Below, in pieces: positions 8,993 to 18,742 of a stretch of 64,000 nt of DNA. The notes under the pieces are model-generated. The model searched no databases. It saw only the letters and a program-made list of their open reading frames with translations, and was not told the DNA's origin. The position numbers were made by a program, and so were the translations under genes. This DNA is from Bdellovibrionales bacterium. Its GTDB lineage: Bacteria > Bdellovibrionota > UBA1018. Position 1 is the first letter of the stretch. Each line of letters opens with the position of its first letter. The DNA lies in the NCBI GenBank assembly GCA_018266355.1, contig JAFEAP010000029.1, positions 400,909 through 464,908 of the forward strand, written 5' to 3'.

Positions 8993-10716
8993 GCCCGGTG
9001 CTCCGCGATCTTGAGGAAAGCCGCGTACTCGCCGTCCTTCGTGACGAGTTCGCCGTGCGTCCCGTCCTCGACGACGGAGCCTTCGCGCATGACCAAGATC
9101 CGATTCGCGTTCCGAATCGTCGAGAGGCGATGGGCGATCAAGATCGTCGTCTTGTCGCGCATGAGTTTGTCGAGCGCGGCTTGAACCGCCTTTTCGGAGG
9201 CGTTATCGAGCGCGGACGTCGCTTCGTCGAGGATCAGGATGGGCGAATTCCGCAGGAACGCGCGCGCGATCGAGAGCCGCTGACGTTCGCCGCCCGAGAG
9301 CTTCTGGCCGCGATCGCCGATGTTCGTCATGAAGCCGTCGGGCAGTCTGTCGATGAAGTCGGTCGCGAAGGCTTCGCGGGCGGCTTGGCGAACCTCTTCG
9401 TCGGTCGCGCCGAGGCGCCCGCAGCGGATGTTCTCGGCGATGGTGTCGTGAAAGAGAAAGACGTCCTGGCTCACGACCGAAATCAGCGAACGAAGATCGT
9501 CGAGTTTCAGGTCGCGCACGTCGATGCCGTCGATTTCGATTTTCCCGTCGGTGACGTCGAAGATCCGCGGCAGAAGCGAGACGAGCGAGCTCTTCCCGGC
9601 GCCGCTCGCGCCGACGAGGGCGAGCGATCTCCCTTTCGGGATCGCGAACGAAATCCCTTTCAGGACTTCCCGGTCGGGCGCGTCCGGGTAGGCGAAGCGT
9701 ACGTTCGAGAGGCGGATCTCGGCGGTGAACCCGTGCTTTTCCGCCGCGTTCGGCTTTTCGAGGAGTCGCGTGCGCCAGTCCATGATCTCGAACACGCGCT
9801 CGGCGGCGGCGCCCGCGTTGTTCAGCTTGATGTTCATGTCGTTCAGCACTCGGATCGGATTCTGCATCATCGCGAACGCGCCGAAGAAAGCGAGCAGTTG
9901 GCCTTGGGTCATCGAGTTCTCGAGCACGGCCTTTCCGCCGAGATAGATGAGGCCCGCGATCGCGAACGCCATGATGAATTCGACGAGCGGGTGCGAGGTC
10001 TCCTCGACGATGATCGTCTTCGAGAGGTTCTTGAAGAACGCTTCCGAACGCTCGTAGTACTTCTTTCGCACGTACTCCTCGAGGCGGAAGGATTTGATCA
10101 CGCGAACCCCGGTGAAGCTTTCCTGGAGTGTCGCGAACATTCGCGCTTGTTCTTCCTGGAGGCGGTGGATGTAACGCTTCAGCGCCTTACCGGAGTAGGA
10201 GAACACCAGGGCGAGCGGCGGGAAGACCGCGATCGTCACGAGGGTGAGCTTCCAGTTCATGTAAAACGTGTAGCCGAGCAGAAAGACGAGCTGGAACGGC
10301 TCCCGGAGCATGACCGCGAACTGGGCGATCCCTTGGTCGATCTGGTTCGGATCGTTCCCGACGCGCGACATGAGGTTCCCGGTGCTCGCCGTCGTGAAAT
10401 AATCGGCGGAGAGGCCCATCACGTGGTCGTAGAGGTCGTTCTTCAGTTTTTGGTTCACCCGCGCGACGACGACCCGGATCGCCGAGTAGTGGATGAAGCG
10501 GACGACGAAGTTCACGGCGAAGATGCCGATGACCATCAGCGGAAAGGTGACGAGTTTACTCTGGTCCTTCGTCGCGAGGAGATCGTCGATGAGTTTTTGG
10601 ATCAGGACGACGGGGCTGAAGCGGATCGCCGCCATTGGGATCGCGAGGACGAGGCTTACGGCGATCCAGCGCCAATGCGGTTTGAGGTAGGGCTTCAGTT
10701 TCCAGAGAGATTTCAT
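8989..10716 (-). CDS. ABC transporter, fused permease/ATPase, MsbA-like (lipid A / lipid exporter family)
   Basis: Six-TM N-terminal domain. Walker A GASGAGKSS, ABC signature LSGGERQRLSIARA, Walker B ILILDEATSALD. 575 aa. Confidence 0.85.
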   Translation of the reverse strand: MKSLWKLKPYLKPHWRWIAVSLVLAIPMAAIRFSPVVLIQKLIDDLLATKDQSKLVTFPLMVIGIFAVNFVVRFIHYSAIRVVVARVNQKLKNDLYDHVMGLSADYFTTASTGNLMSRVGNDPNQIDQGIAQFAVMLREPFQLVFLLGYTFYMNWKLTLVTIAVFPPLALVFSYSGKALKRYIHRLQEEQARMFATLQESFTGVRVIKSFRLEEYVRKKYYERSEAFFKNLSKTIIVEETSHPLVEFIMAFAIAGLIYLGGKAVLENSMTQGQLLAFFGAFAMMQNPIRVLNDMNIKLNNAGAAAERVFEIMDWRTRLLEKPNAAEKHGFTAEIRLSNVRFAYPDAPDREVLKGISFAIPKGRSLALVGASGAGKSSLVSLLPRIFDVTDGKIEIDGIDVRDLKLDDLRSLISVVSQDVFLFHDTIAENIRCGRLGATDEEVRQAAREAFATDFIDRLPDGFMTNIGDRGQKLSGGERQRLSIARAFLRNSPILILDEATSALDNASEKAVQAALDKLMRDKTTILIAHRLSTIRNANRILVMREGSVVEDGTHGELVTKDGEYAAFLKIAEHRA

Positions 10717-10750
10717 GGAAGTACGTGGATCTTATGATAACCCTCGGAGC

Positions 10751-12313
10751 ATGGCTAGTGTTCTGATCGTCGGCGGCGCGGGGTATGTCGGGAGCGCGGT
10801 CGCCGCGCACCTGATCGACCGCGGGGACCGGGTTTGGGTCCTGGACGATCTTTCGACCGGCCATCGTTCGCTCCTGCTCGATCCGGTCGTGCGCGAGGAG
10901 CATTTCGTCGAGGCGCGCGCGGGCAATCGGCCGGCGCTCGAAGCGATCTTTCGCCACTGCGCCGAAAAGGAAAAACGACCGATCGACGTCGTCCTCCACT
11001 TCGCCGCGAAGTCGCTTGTCGGCGAGAGCGTGAAGTTTCCCGAACTCTACCGCGAGAACAACGTCGACCAGACGCGCCTTCTCCTCGACGCGATGGTCGC
11101 CCACGGCGTGAAGCGCTTCGTCTTCTCCTCGACCGCGGCCGTCTACGGCGATCCCGGCGATCGCGAGATCGACGAAGACCTCGAAAAGAATCCGATCAAT
11201 CCCTACGGCGAGACGAAGCTCGAGGCCGAGCGGCTCCTCGCCGCGTACGGCGAGAAGCACGGACTGCGTGCGATCGCGCTCCGTTACTTCAACGCCGCCG
11301 GCGCCGAGGACGGCGGTCGCGTGGGCGAGATCCACGACCCCGAGACCCACCTGATCCCGAACGTGCTCGCGGCGGGCCTCGCCGGTCGCCCCGTCTCGAT
11401 CTTCGGCGACGATTATCCGACGCCGGACGGAACCTGCGTGCGCGACTACGTGCACGTTTCCGATCTCGCGCAGGCGCACGCCGCCGCCGCCGATCGGATG
11501 CTCGCCGAAGCGCCGGGCACCGCGGGTTTCGAAGCGTTCAACCTCGGCTCCGCCGCGGGATATTCGGTGAAGGAAGTCGTCGCGGAGGCCGAGCGCGTGC
11601 TCGGGAATAAGATCGCGGTGAGGGTCGAACCCCGCCGCCCGGGCGATCCCGCGAAGCTCGTCGCGATCGCCGATCGTGCGCGAAAAACACTCGGGTTCGT
11701 ACCGCGTCCGGACGCGCTCGCTTCGATCCTGAAGACGGCGCTCGCCTGGGAAAAGAAGAAACAGGCGCCGAAGAAAGCCGTATTCCTCGATCGCGACGGG
11801 ACGCTGAATTTCGATCCGGGCTACCTGAGCGACCACGAGAAGTTCGAATTGATCCCGGGGGTACCCGCCGCGCTCAAGCGACTCGCGGACGCGGGTTATC
11901 TCCTCGTCGTCGTCTCGAATCAGTCGGGCGTCGGGCGCGGGAAGATCGAGATTCCGCAGCTTCGCCGGATCCACGCGAAGCTCGACCGACTGCTCGCCGG
12001 AGAAGGCGTGCGCATCCATCACTACGCGCTTTGTTTCCATCACCCGGACGAGGACTGCGAATGCCGGAAACCGAAACCGAAACTCGTCCTCGACGCCGCG
12101 GCGAAATACCGGATCGACCTCGCGCGGTCGTTCATGGTCGGCGATAAGCTCAGCGACGTCGAATGCGGACGGAACGCGGGAGTCGGCGGTTCCTTCCTCG
12201 TCGGCAGCGGGTACGGCGCGGAGGAAGTGAAGCTCCTCCCGAGCCCGGACGGGGTTTATTTCCCGGATCTCGCCGCGGTCGCCGACCGCATCCTCGGAGG
12301 AAAATCGAAATGA
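10751..12313 (+). CDS. Bifunctional fusion: UDP-glucose 4-epimerase (GalE) N-terminal domain plus D,D-heptose 1,7-bisphosphate phosphatase (GmhB, HAD) C-terminal domain
   Basis: GalE: VGGAGYVGS Rossmann motif, YGETK catalytic YxxxK. GmhB: FLDRDGTLN, CxH...CxCRKP zinc motif, VGDKLSD. Start at ATG 10751 is preferred (MASVLIVGG). An alternative ATG at 10715 would overlap the divergent transporter start codon. Confidence 0.8.
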   Translation: MASVLIVGGAGYVGSAVAAHLIDRGDRVWVLDDLSTGHRSLLLDPVVREEHFVEARAGNRPALEAIFRHCAEKEKRPIDVVLHFAAKSLVGESVKFPELYRENNVDQTRLLLDAMVAHGVKRFVFSSTAAVYGDPGDREIDEDLEKNPINPYGETKLEAERLLAAYGEKHGLRAIALRYFNAAGAEDGGRVGEIHDPETHLIPNVLAAGLAGRPVSIFGDDYPTPDGTCVRDYVHVSDLAQAHAAAADRMLAEAPGTAGFEAFNLGSAAGYSVKEVVAEAERVLGNKIAVRVEPRRPGDPAKLVAIADRARKTLGFVPRPDALASILKTALAWEKKKQAPKKAVFLDRDGTLNFDPGYLSDHEKFELIPGVPAALKRLADAGYLLVVVSNQSGVGRGKIEIPQLRRIHAKLDRLLAGEGVRIHHYALCFHHPDEDCECRKPKPKLVLDAAAKYRIDLARSFMVGDKLSDVECGRNAGVGGSFLVGSGYGAEEVKLLPSPDGVYFPDLAAVADRILGGKSK

Positions 12314-12936
12314 CCGATCCGCGGCCCGTCCTCGATCCGCAGCTTCGCTCGCCGTTCGTCGTTTCGCCCGAGATCGAGCTCGAGGGGAAGCACGTGCGCC
12401 TCGAACCGATGCGGCCCGAGCACGCGGAGGAGCTTTTCGCCGTCGGCGACATCGCGGAGATTTTCCGGTGGATGCCGCGGGTCGTGCGCGACGTGGTCGG
12501 CATGCGGGATTACATCGAGACCGCGATGGCCGAGCGCGCGGCGGGTACCTCGGTGCCGTTCGTGACGATCGATAGGGTCACCCGCCGGGTGATCGGCAGC
12601 ACGCGGTTCATGAACATCGACCGCGCGAATCGCGGGCTCGAGATCGGCAGCACCTGGCTCGGTCGGCTCCACCAGCGGACTTCCGCGAATTCCGAGGCGA
12701 AGGTCCTCATGCTCGAGCACGCGTTCGACCGGCTCGGCGCGATCCGGGTCGAGTTCAAGACCGACTCCTTCAACGAGAAGTCCCGTGCGGCTCTCCTCCG
12801 CCTCGGCGCGAAGGAAGAGGGCGCGCGCCGGCATCACGTGATCACCGCCGACGGCCGTCTCCGCGACTCCGTCTATTACAGCATCCTTCGCCACGAATGG
12901 CCGGCGATCCGCGAGCGGCTCGAGGCGCGGCTCTAG
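12310..12936 (+). CDS. GNAT family N-acetyltransferase (RimJ/RimL-like)
   Basis: ATG overlaps the GalE-GmhB stop (ATGA). GGAGGA SD 8 nt upstream. Acetyltransferase fold motifs present (…GLEIGSTWLGRLHQRTSANSEA…). Confidence 0.7.
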   Translation: MTDPRPVLDPQLRSPFVVSPEIELEGKHVRLEPMRPEHAEELFAVGDIAEIFRWMPRVVRDVVGMRDYIETAMAERAAGTSVPFVTIDRVTRRVIGSTRFMNIDRANRGLEIGSTWLGRLHQRTSANSEAKVLMLEHAFDRLGAIRVEFKTDSFNEKSRAALLRLGAKEEGARRHHVITADGRLRDSVYYSILRHEWPAIRERLEARL

Positions 12937-12937
12937 T

Positions 12938-13795
12938 CTAGGTCGCGTTTCCGAACGTGCCCGTGATTTCGGGGAGGAACCGGAGCCCTTTCAACGGCGC
13001 GCGGTCGAAACCGGGCACCTGGTAAATGAGCAGCGACTCCATCAACGCGAAGAGGAGTTTCTGGTCCTCGAGCGACCCCTGCGCGAGTTCGGGGACTTTC
13101 CGGATCGGCGTCGAGAGGCCGATGTAAAAATCGCCGATCGCGGCTTGGGTCGCCTCGAAGAACTGGTGCTGGAATCCCGGCGCGTAGTCGGTGGCCGAGT
13201 CGGGTTTCACGCCGCGGCAGTCGGGGCAGGTCCAACACGCGACCGAGATATGGCAACGGAGCCGCGCGTCCGCGGGAAAGTCGAGGAGCGAGCGCTCGCA
13301 ACCGAGGCAGCGGAGGAGCTGCGGCTGGGTCCCGTTCCATTGGAGCACCTTCGAGAGGTAGGCGTTCAGGAGCGCGAGCAGGATGCGCGGTTCGAGGGCT
13401 CGGCCCGCGTCGGCTTTTTCCTCAAGCTCGGCCAGCGCGTTCGAGTGGAGTTTGAACAGGTCGACGCAGGGTTCGCGCTCCGGCGCGAGACGGAGCATGA
13501 GTTCGTTGAAGACCGAAGCGAGCGAGAGGATCTCGAAATCCTTCCGGAGGCCGGCGAAATCTTTTCGGATCGTCGCCTCGTCGAGGTGATAGAGGTCGCC
13601 GCGCGTCTCTCCCATCCGCCAAGTCGCGGCCGCGAAGGGTTCGAGCGTGCCGCCGAAGCGCCGCGACTGGATCGCGTTCCGGGCGAGGGCGGAGATTTTC
13701 CCGTGCTTCTCGGTGAGCGCGGTCACGACCCGGTGGCGTTCCTCGTAGGGAACGCTCCGGAGGACGATCGCGGTTTCCTCGAAGGTCTCGGCCAT
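12938..13795 (-). CDS. recO: DNA repair protein RecO
   Basis: N-terminal OB-fold region (IVLRSVPYEERHRVVTALTEKHGKISALARNA). C4 zinc motif CLGCERS…CPDCRG. 285 aa. Confidence 0.8.
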   Translation of the reverse strand: MAETFEETAIVLRSVPYEERHRVVTALTEKHGKISALARNAIQSRRFGGTLEPFAAATWRMGETRGDLYHLDEATIRKDFAGLRKDFEILSLASVFNELMLRLAPEREPCVDLFKLHSNALAELEEKADAGRALEPRILLALLNAYLSKVLQWNGTQPQLLRCLGCERSLLDFPADARLRCHISVACWTCPDCRGVKPDSATDYAPGFQHQFFEATQAAIGDFYIGLSTPIRKVPELAQGSLEDQKLLFALMESLLIYQVPGFDRAPLKGLRFLPEITGTFGNAT

Positions 13796-13826
13796 GCCGT
13801 GGGTTTATCACGGCGGCGGAGCGAGA

Positions 13827-15158
13827 TCACGGTCGGGCGGGTCTTTTCGCCGGAATCCGCCCGGGGCTCCGTTTCCGGTAGTCCGGGACGTAGGTCTGGC
13901 TGCAGGATCCGCCCTGTTCGAGGGGGCGCACGACGGTTTGGCCGGGAAGGACGGTGTATTGGACGACGTTCGCGATGTGGCGCTGGACGACGCAGGATTT
14001 GAACCAGGTTTGGGAATTCGAGGTTCCGTATACGTTCGCGTACTCGATCTTTTTCGTGGCCTCGTTCCATTTTCCGCCCCAGTGGAGTCCCTCGACGAGA
14101 CCGACCGGATCGAGCTTCTGCCAGTCGGCGCCCGATTCGTGCCCGGCGCGGGTCATGCGGTAATAGTACTGGAGGACCGAGACCTCGCGGTCGCCGGCGT
14201 TATAGATCGCGTCGGCGAGGAGCCAACCCGTGTGGTACGGGAAGTAACGCGTGCGGTACGGACGCCGGCAGGCGAGGGGAAACCCGGCGCCGTTCGCGGC
14301 GTAGCGTTCGCGCGATTTGAGCGCATCGGGAACCGAACCGTCGAAGAGGCGGCGGAGCTCGTGTCCCTTCGCCGCGATTCCGTAGTGGAGGTCGGAGCAG
14401 TACTTCACGAAGTTCGCGGAAGCGGCGAAGCGAGCCGATTGGAGCGCGGAATCCCCCGCCGGGAAATGGCCGACGACGTCCTTCAGTGCGATGCCCGAGA
14501 AGTCCGCGGGCGTGAGCTCGTAATCTGGGCGGCCGTGGAGGCGTCTCAAGGCGATGTCGTAGAAGGGACGGATCAATTCGGGCCCGAGCGTGTTCACGTC
14601 GCAGGAAATACCGACCGGCCAACCCATGCTCCGCTGCTCGGCGAGCGGGAGCGCGTTCGCGTACTGGCACCACTCGAGGACGTTCACCTGGCCGATGCCG
14701 CAGGAAAAATTCCCGCCGTCGACGGTGATGCCGAGATTCGAAAGGAGCGATTCCTGTTTGAGCGCGCCGAAGAGGATCTGGGGCGGCATGTCCGCCGTCT
14801 CGGCCGCGTCGTAGATCGCGTCGATCTTCGCCGGCAGGTCTTCGGCTTGCTTCACCCACATCCACGCGTTCTCGAGCGCGCCCGCCGACTGCGATCCGGG
14901 CGAGACGGCTTCGCGCCGCTGGACTTCCTTCGCGCGGCAGAGAGAAAGGTCCGCGCGGTGATCGACCGTCCAATACGTCGTCTCCGTGTCCGAAAGCGGA
15001 GGCAGGTCCGACCACGGATTCGCGACCGCGGTGAGGTCGAGGCACGGTACGAGCTTCGGAACGAAATCTTCGATGCAGCCGACGGGCGGGACCGACCAAT
15101 CGGTGGCGAATGCCGAGGACGCGGCGAGAACGATCAGGACCAAGACGAAGAGTTTCAT
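13827..15158 (-). CDS. Secreted protein, possible lytic transglycosylase (SLT)-like domain
   Basis: Signal peptide MKLFVLVLIVLAASSAFA. Motifs ALKQESLLSN…GIGQVN and AIYNAGD resemble the SLT E-S / GLMQ / AYNxG signatures, but the spacing is atypical, so the assignment is tentative. Confidence 0.45.
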   Translation of the reverse strand: MKLFVLVLIVLAASSAFATDWSVPPVGCIEDFVPKLVPCLDLTAVANPWSDLPPLSDTETTYWTVDHRADLSLCRAKEVQRREAVSPGSQSAGALENAWMWVKQAEDLPAKIDAIYDAAETADMPPQILFGALKQESLLSNLGITVDGGNFSCGIGQVNVLEWCQYANALPLAEQRSMGWPVGISCDVNTLGPELIRPFYDIALRRLHGRPDYELTPADFSGIALKDVVGHFPAGDSALQSARFAASANFVKYCSDLHYGIAAKGHELRRLFDGSVPDALKSRERYAANGAGFPLACRRPYRTRYFPYHTGWLLADAIYNAGDREVSVLQYYYRMTRAGHESGADWQKLDPVGLVEGLHWGGKWNEATKKIEYANVYGTSNSQTWFKSCVVQRHIANVVQYTVLPGQTVVRPLEQGGSCSQTYVPDYRKRSPGRIPAKRPARP

Positions 15159-15324
15159 CCGTGAATCTCCGAGACTTAAGTAGGCCGGGTTCGCGGATGG
15201 AAGGGCTCCAAACCTTCAGCGTATGCTGACGGTGACCCGACCGGAACGAACTCAGCCGTTCTGACTTAAAAGCCTTTAATAAAGGCTAGCACGCCCCGGA
15301 ATTCCTGTCTTATTCTGGGAGCGA

Positions 15325-16257
15325 ATGGAAATTTTCCGGAGCCTCGTCCTCCGCCTGATCCCCCTCTATTTCATCGTCGCGACCGGTTTCGTCGCGGGGC
15401 GGAAACTCAAGGTCGACCGCGATTCGATCGCGAAACTCGTCATTTTCGTCATTTCGCCGATCGTCGTCTTCACGAACGTGAGTCAGATCGAGATGCGGAA
15501 AGAGTACCTCGCGGTTCCCCTCGGATTCGCGCTGCTTTGCTCCTTCATCGCCGTCGTGTTTTTGGCGCTCGCGCGAAAGATCGGTCCGCGGGTCGGGATC
15601 GTCGGCGCGGTGGGAAACCTGCTCTCATTCTCGGCCGGCAATGCGAACACGGGATACTTCGGGATGCCGATCGCGCTGATCCTCTTCGGTCCGGATTCGA
15701 TCGGGATCTACATCCTCTTTTGCCTCGGCTTCATCCTTTACGAGAACACCGTCGGTTTCTATATCCTCGCGCGCGGGACGGCGACGGTGGAGGAGGCGCT
15801 CCGACGGCTCGTGCGCCTACCCGCGCTCTACGCGTTCCCGGCCGCGATCGCCGCGAACGCCGCCGGACTGAAGATCACGGGGGTCGCCGCGGATTTCTCG
15901 GCCTATTTCCGCGGCGCCTACTCGGTTCTCGGGGTGATGCTCGTCGGTCTCGGAGTCGCGGAGATCCGCACCTGGCGTTTCGATTGGAAATTCGTCCTCG
16001 CGACCTTCCTCGGCAAGTTCGCCGTCTGGCCGGCGCTCGTCGGGCTTTTCATCGTGCTCGATCGCGGTCGATTCATGATCTTCGACGAGCAAGCCCACCG
16101 GATGATGCTCTTGATCGCGACTTGTCCGCTCGCCGCGAACACGGTCGCTTACGCGACCTTGCTCAAGACCGAGCCCGAAAAAGCCGGGGTGGCCGTCTTG
16201 CTCTCGACGGTTTTCGCTCTCTTCTTCATTCCGCTCGTCGTAGCGTGGGTGTTTTAA
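15325..16257 (+). CDS. AEC family (auxin-efflux-carrier-like) membrane transporter
   Basis: 310 aa, about 10 TM segments, internal duplication typical of PF03547-type permeases. Confidence 0.7.
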   Translation: MEIFRSLVLRLIPLYFIVATGFVAGRKLKVDRDSIAKLVIFVISPIVVFTNVSQIEMRKEYLAVPLGFALLCSFIAVVFLALARKIGPRVGIVGAVGNLLSFSAGNANTGYFGMPIALILFGPDSIGIYILFCLGFILYENTVGFYILARGTATVEEALRRLVRLPALYAFPAAIAANAAGLKITGVAADFSAYFRGAYSVLGVMLVGLGVAEIRTWRFDWKFVLATFLGKFAVWPALVGLFIVLDRGRFMIFDEQAHRMMLLIATCPLAANTVAYATLLKTEPEKAGVAVLLSTVFALFFIPLVVAWVF

Positions 16258-16261
16258 GCCG

Positions 16262-17563
16262 CTATCGAATCGTCACGATCGGGCGGAGTCGGCAGACTTT
16301 CTCCAGGATAGGGAATCCCCGCGCATCCTCGCCGTCGTTCGCCAGCGCGAAGCTCGCCTTCCAAAAGGCTTTCAGGCAATCCCGAATACCCAGACCCGAC
16401 GCGTGCCCGCCTTTCGGTAACTGCAAGTACACTTTTTTGGAGGCGTGTCTCTGCCCGGCGAAATGAGCGCCGGATTGCCAATACGGCGTAGCCGGATCAC
16501 GTGCCCCCTCCAAATAGACGATCGGAGAGAGAATTTGGACGTGGTCGGCGCTGTATTCGAGATCGAAGGGCGTCCCTTCGCAGTAACGGCTGCGACGCGC
16601 GATCGAAACGAGGAGCCCGTCCCGGACCTCCATCGGAATGAGCCATTCCGGCCGAGTTTCGCGACAGAGGACCGTTCTCGTCATGAGTTCGTCGGAGGTG
16701 CCCCTCGGCGGTTCTTGAGGTTCTCGGGCGGAGGAAACGACCTCTTCCTTCAGCTTTTCCTTTTCTTCCGACGTGCCGGTGACGAGAGGCTCGAGAGCAT
16801 CGGGAAGCGAGCGATGAACCGTCGTGCCGTCCTTGCCGAGATAGGTCCCGAAAAGCAGCTGATCGTGCAGGTATTTCCCCCACGTCCGCGCGTCCAAATC
16901 GAAGGGCAATCGCTTCGCTTTAAATAGGCCCAACACCTTCGCCGAGAGTTCGCGGCTCTGGACTTTCCATTGGTGCTCGAAGTCGACGGTTTGGCCACGT
17001 CCTACCGGCCACGCTCGGCCTAGAGTTCCTTCGAGGATCACGAGTCTCGGAAGCGGCAGTTTACGTTCGCGCAATACCCCGTAAAGCTCCGTCGCCCATT
17101 GTGTTCCGTACGACCCGCCGAAAAGGACGAAGTTCTTGAGGCGTTCCCGAGCGATAATCTCAGCCGTGTCCTCCGCGAGTTTTCGGGTGGAGTAGAGGCG
17201 AGCGGGAATTTCCTTCAAGCCCACGCGATTGCATCCGATTCCGCGCGGGTCGAGGCTCAACATTCCGAAACCTTCGGGTAACTGCCAGGCATCGGCGACC
17301 TCCTTCGCGTTCCAGTCGTAAATCCCCGGACCCGGTCCGCCGGGGAGCAAGACGAAAGTCGGTCGGCCGGGAGCGGTCGGCGGAAAATACTGGTAGCGAT
17401 GATCTAACGTTCCCGCCCGCGGGTTCGCCCGATCTTTCGGAACCGAAAGGTGACGAATCGCCGGTGAATCGCAATAGGCCGGTAGGCCCGCCCGGGCAGG
17501 GGCCAACGAACCCAGGAATGGGAATAGGCCCAGCACCCACCATCGGAAAATCGGAGATTTCAT
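16262..17563 (-). CDS. Secreted alpha/beta-hydrolase (prolyl aminopeptidase-like)
   Basis: Internal ATG at 17563 gives signal peptide MKSPIFRWWVLGLFPFLGSLAPARA. Nucleophile elbow GGSYGT. Upstream ATG at 17647 is an alternative start. Confidence 0.6.
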   Translation of the reverse strand: MKSPIFRWWVLGLFPFLGSLAPARAGLPAYCDSPAIRHLSVPKDRANPRAGTLDHRYQYFPPTAPGRPTFVLLPGGPGPGIYDWNAKEVADAWQLPEGFGMLSLDPRGIGCNRVGLKEIPARLYSTRKLAEDTAEIIARERLKNFVLFGGSYGTQWATELYGVLRERKLPLPRLVILEGTLGRAWPVGRGQTVDFEHQWKVQSRELSAKVLGLFKAKRLPFDLDARTWGKYLHDQLLFGTYLGKDGTTVHRSLPDALEPLVTGTSEEKEKLKEEVVSSAREPQEPPRGTSDELMTRTVLCRETRPEWLIPMEVRDGLLVSIARRSRYCEGTPFDLEYSADHVQILSPIVYLEGARDPATPYWQSGAHFAGQRHASKKVYLQLPKGGHASGLGIRDCLKAFWKASFALANDGEDARGFPILEKVCRLRPIVTIR

Positions 17564-17804
17564 GGAACCCGTATACCGGCACAGGGCCCGCAAATCTCTC
17601 CTCTCTTTCGAACGGGTCACTCGACGGGACGCCGAACTGTTAAGCATTCGCGAGGAGGATCGAGAGATAGGCGATAAAAAGGCAATAATTTCAGATAGAT
17701 ATAATCAAGACTGTAAAAACCGTGTATACCGCTCAACTTTTAGGCACCGTCGATCGAAAAGCATAGGGAAGAAGAGTTCTCAGGAAGGCTGAGGTCACGT
17801 CTCT

Positions 17805-18680
17805 ATGTTGATCATCATCGGTGGCATTTTCGTCTGCGCTTGCGTCTTCGGCGCGTTCGCGGGTCACGGCGGGAACCTCGCGGTTCTCTGGCAGCCGGTC
17901 GAAGTCATCATCATCGTCGGCGCCGGTATCGGCGCGACGGTCATTTCGTCGAGCCCCGCCGTCCTGAAAGAAATCATCGGTCAGATCAAGCACGCGCTCA
18001 CCGGCAAACCGCCCTCTAAAGCGGAATACACCGACGCGCTCCTCCTCATGTACGAGATCATCAAGACCGCGAAGGGCAACCCGCTCTCGCTCGAAGCGCA
18101 CGTCGAAAAGCCGGAAGCTTCCGAAATCTTCAAGCGCTATCCCTCGGTCGTGAAGAACCACCACGTCCTTCATTTCCTCTGCGATACGCTCAAAGTCCAG
18201 ATCTCCGCGCCGATGTCGCCGTATGATCTCGAAGACCTGATGGATAAAGACATCGATGCGATCCACGCCGCCGAGATGAAGGCCGCGACCCAAATCGGGA
18301 AGTTCGGCGACGCGATGCCGGGTCTCGGGATCGTCGCCGCCGTTCTCGGGATCGTGCAGACCATGGGCAAGCTCTCCATGGGTAAGGAAGTCATCGGTCA
18401 CTCCGTCGCCGCCGCTCTCGTCGGAACGTTCCTCGGGATTCTCGTCTCGTACGGTTTCGCGGGTCCGATCGCCGCTCGGGTCGAACTCATGATCAACGAC
18501 TCCGGCGGGATGTTCAACGCCGTGAAGGTCGCGCTCCTCGCTTACGCGAAGGACTGCTCGCCGAAGGTTTGCGTCGAGTTCGCTCGCCGTTCGATTCCGC
18601 CGGAAGTTCGTCCGAGCTTCGAGGAAATCGACAAGGCGACTTCGGGCGCCGGCAAAGGCGGCGGAGCGGCCGCCGCCTAA
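17805..18680 (+). CDS. motA: MotA/PomA-type proton-channel stator protein
   Basis: Four-TM topology with a conserved C-terminal TM3-TM4 region (GLGIVAAVLGIVQTMG…AALVGTFLGILVSYGF). 291 aa. Confidence 0.8.
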   Translation: MLIIIGGIFVCACVFGAFAGHGGNLAVLWQPVEVIIIVGAGIGATVISSSPAVLKEIIGQIKHALTGKPPSKAEYTDALLLMYEIIKTAKGNPLSLEAHVEKPEASEIFKRYPSVVKNHHVLHFLCDTLKVQISAPMSPYDLEDLMDKDIDAIHAAEMKAATQIGKFGDAMPGLGIVAAVLGIVQTMGKLSMGKEVIGHSVAAALVGTFLGILVSYGFAGPIAARVELMINDSGGMFNAVKVALLAYAKDCSPKVCVEFARRSIPPEVRPSFEEIDKATSGAGKGGGAAAA

Positions 18681-18742
18681 GATCACGTGAATTTTCCCGT
18701 CCTCTATTTGAAGTGTGCTGTCGGAAAATAAAGGAATAGATC

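Noticed and set aside
8998-12043. ORFs 8998..10737(+) and 10556..12043(-)
   Set aside because: Antisense to the MsbA-like and GalE-GmhB genes, which have clear catalytic motifs.
13145-15164. ORFs 13145..14002(+), 13794..15164(+), 14200..15099(-)
   Set aside because: Shadow ORFs over recO and the SLT-like secreted protein.
17733-18686. 317-aa minus ORF
   Set aside because: Antisense of motA.
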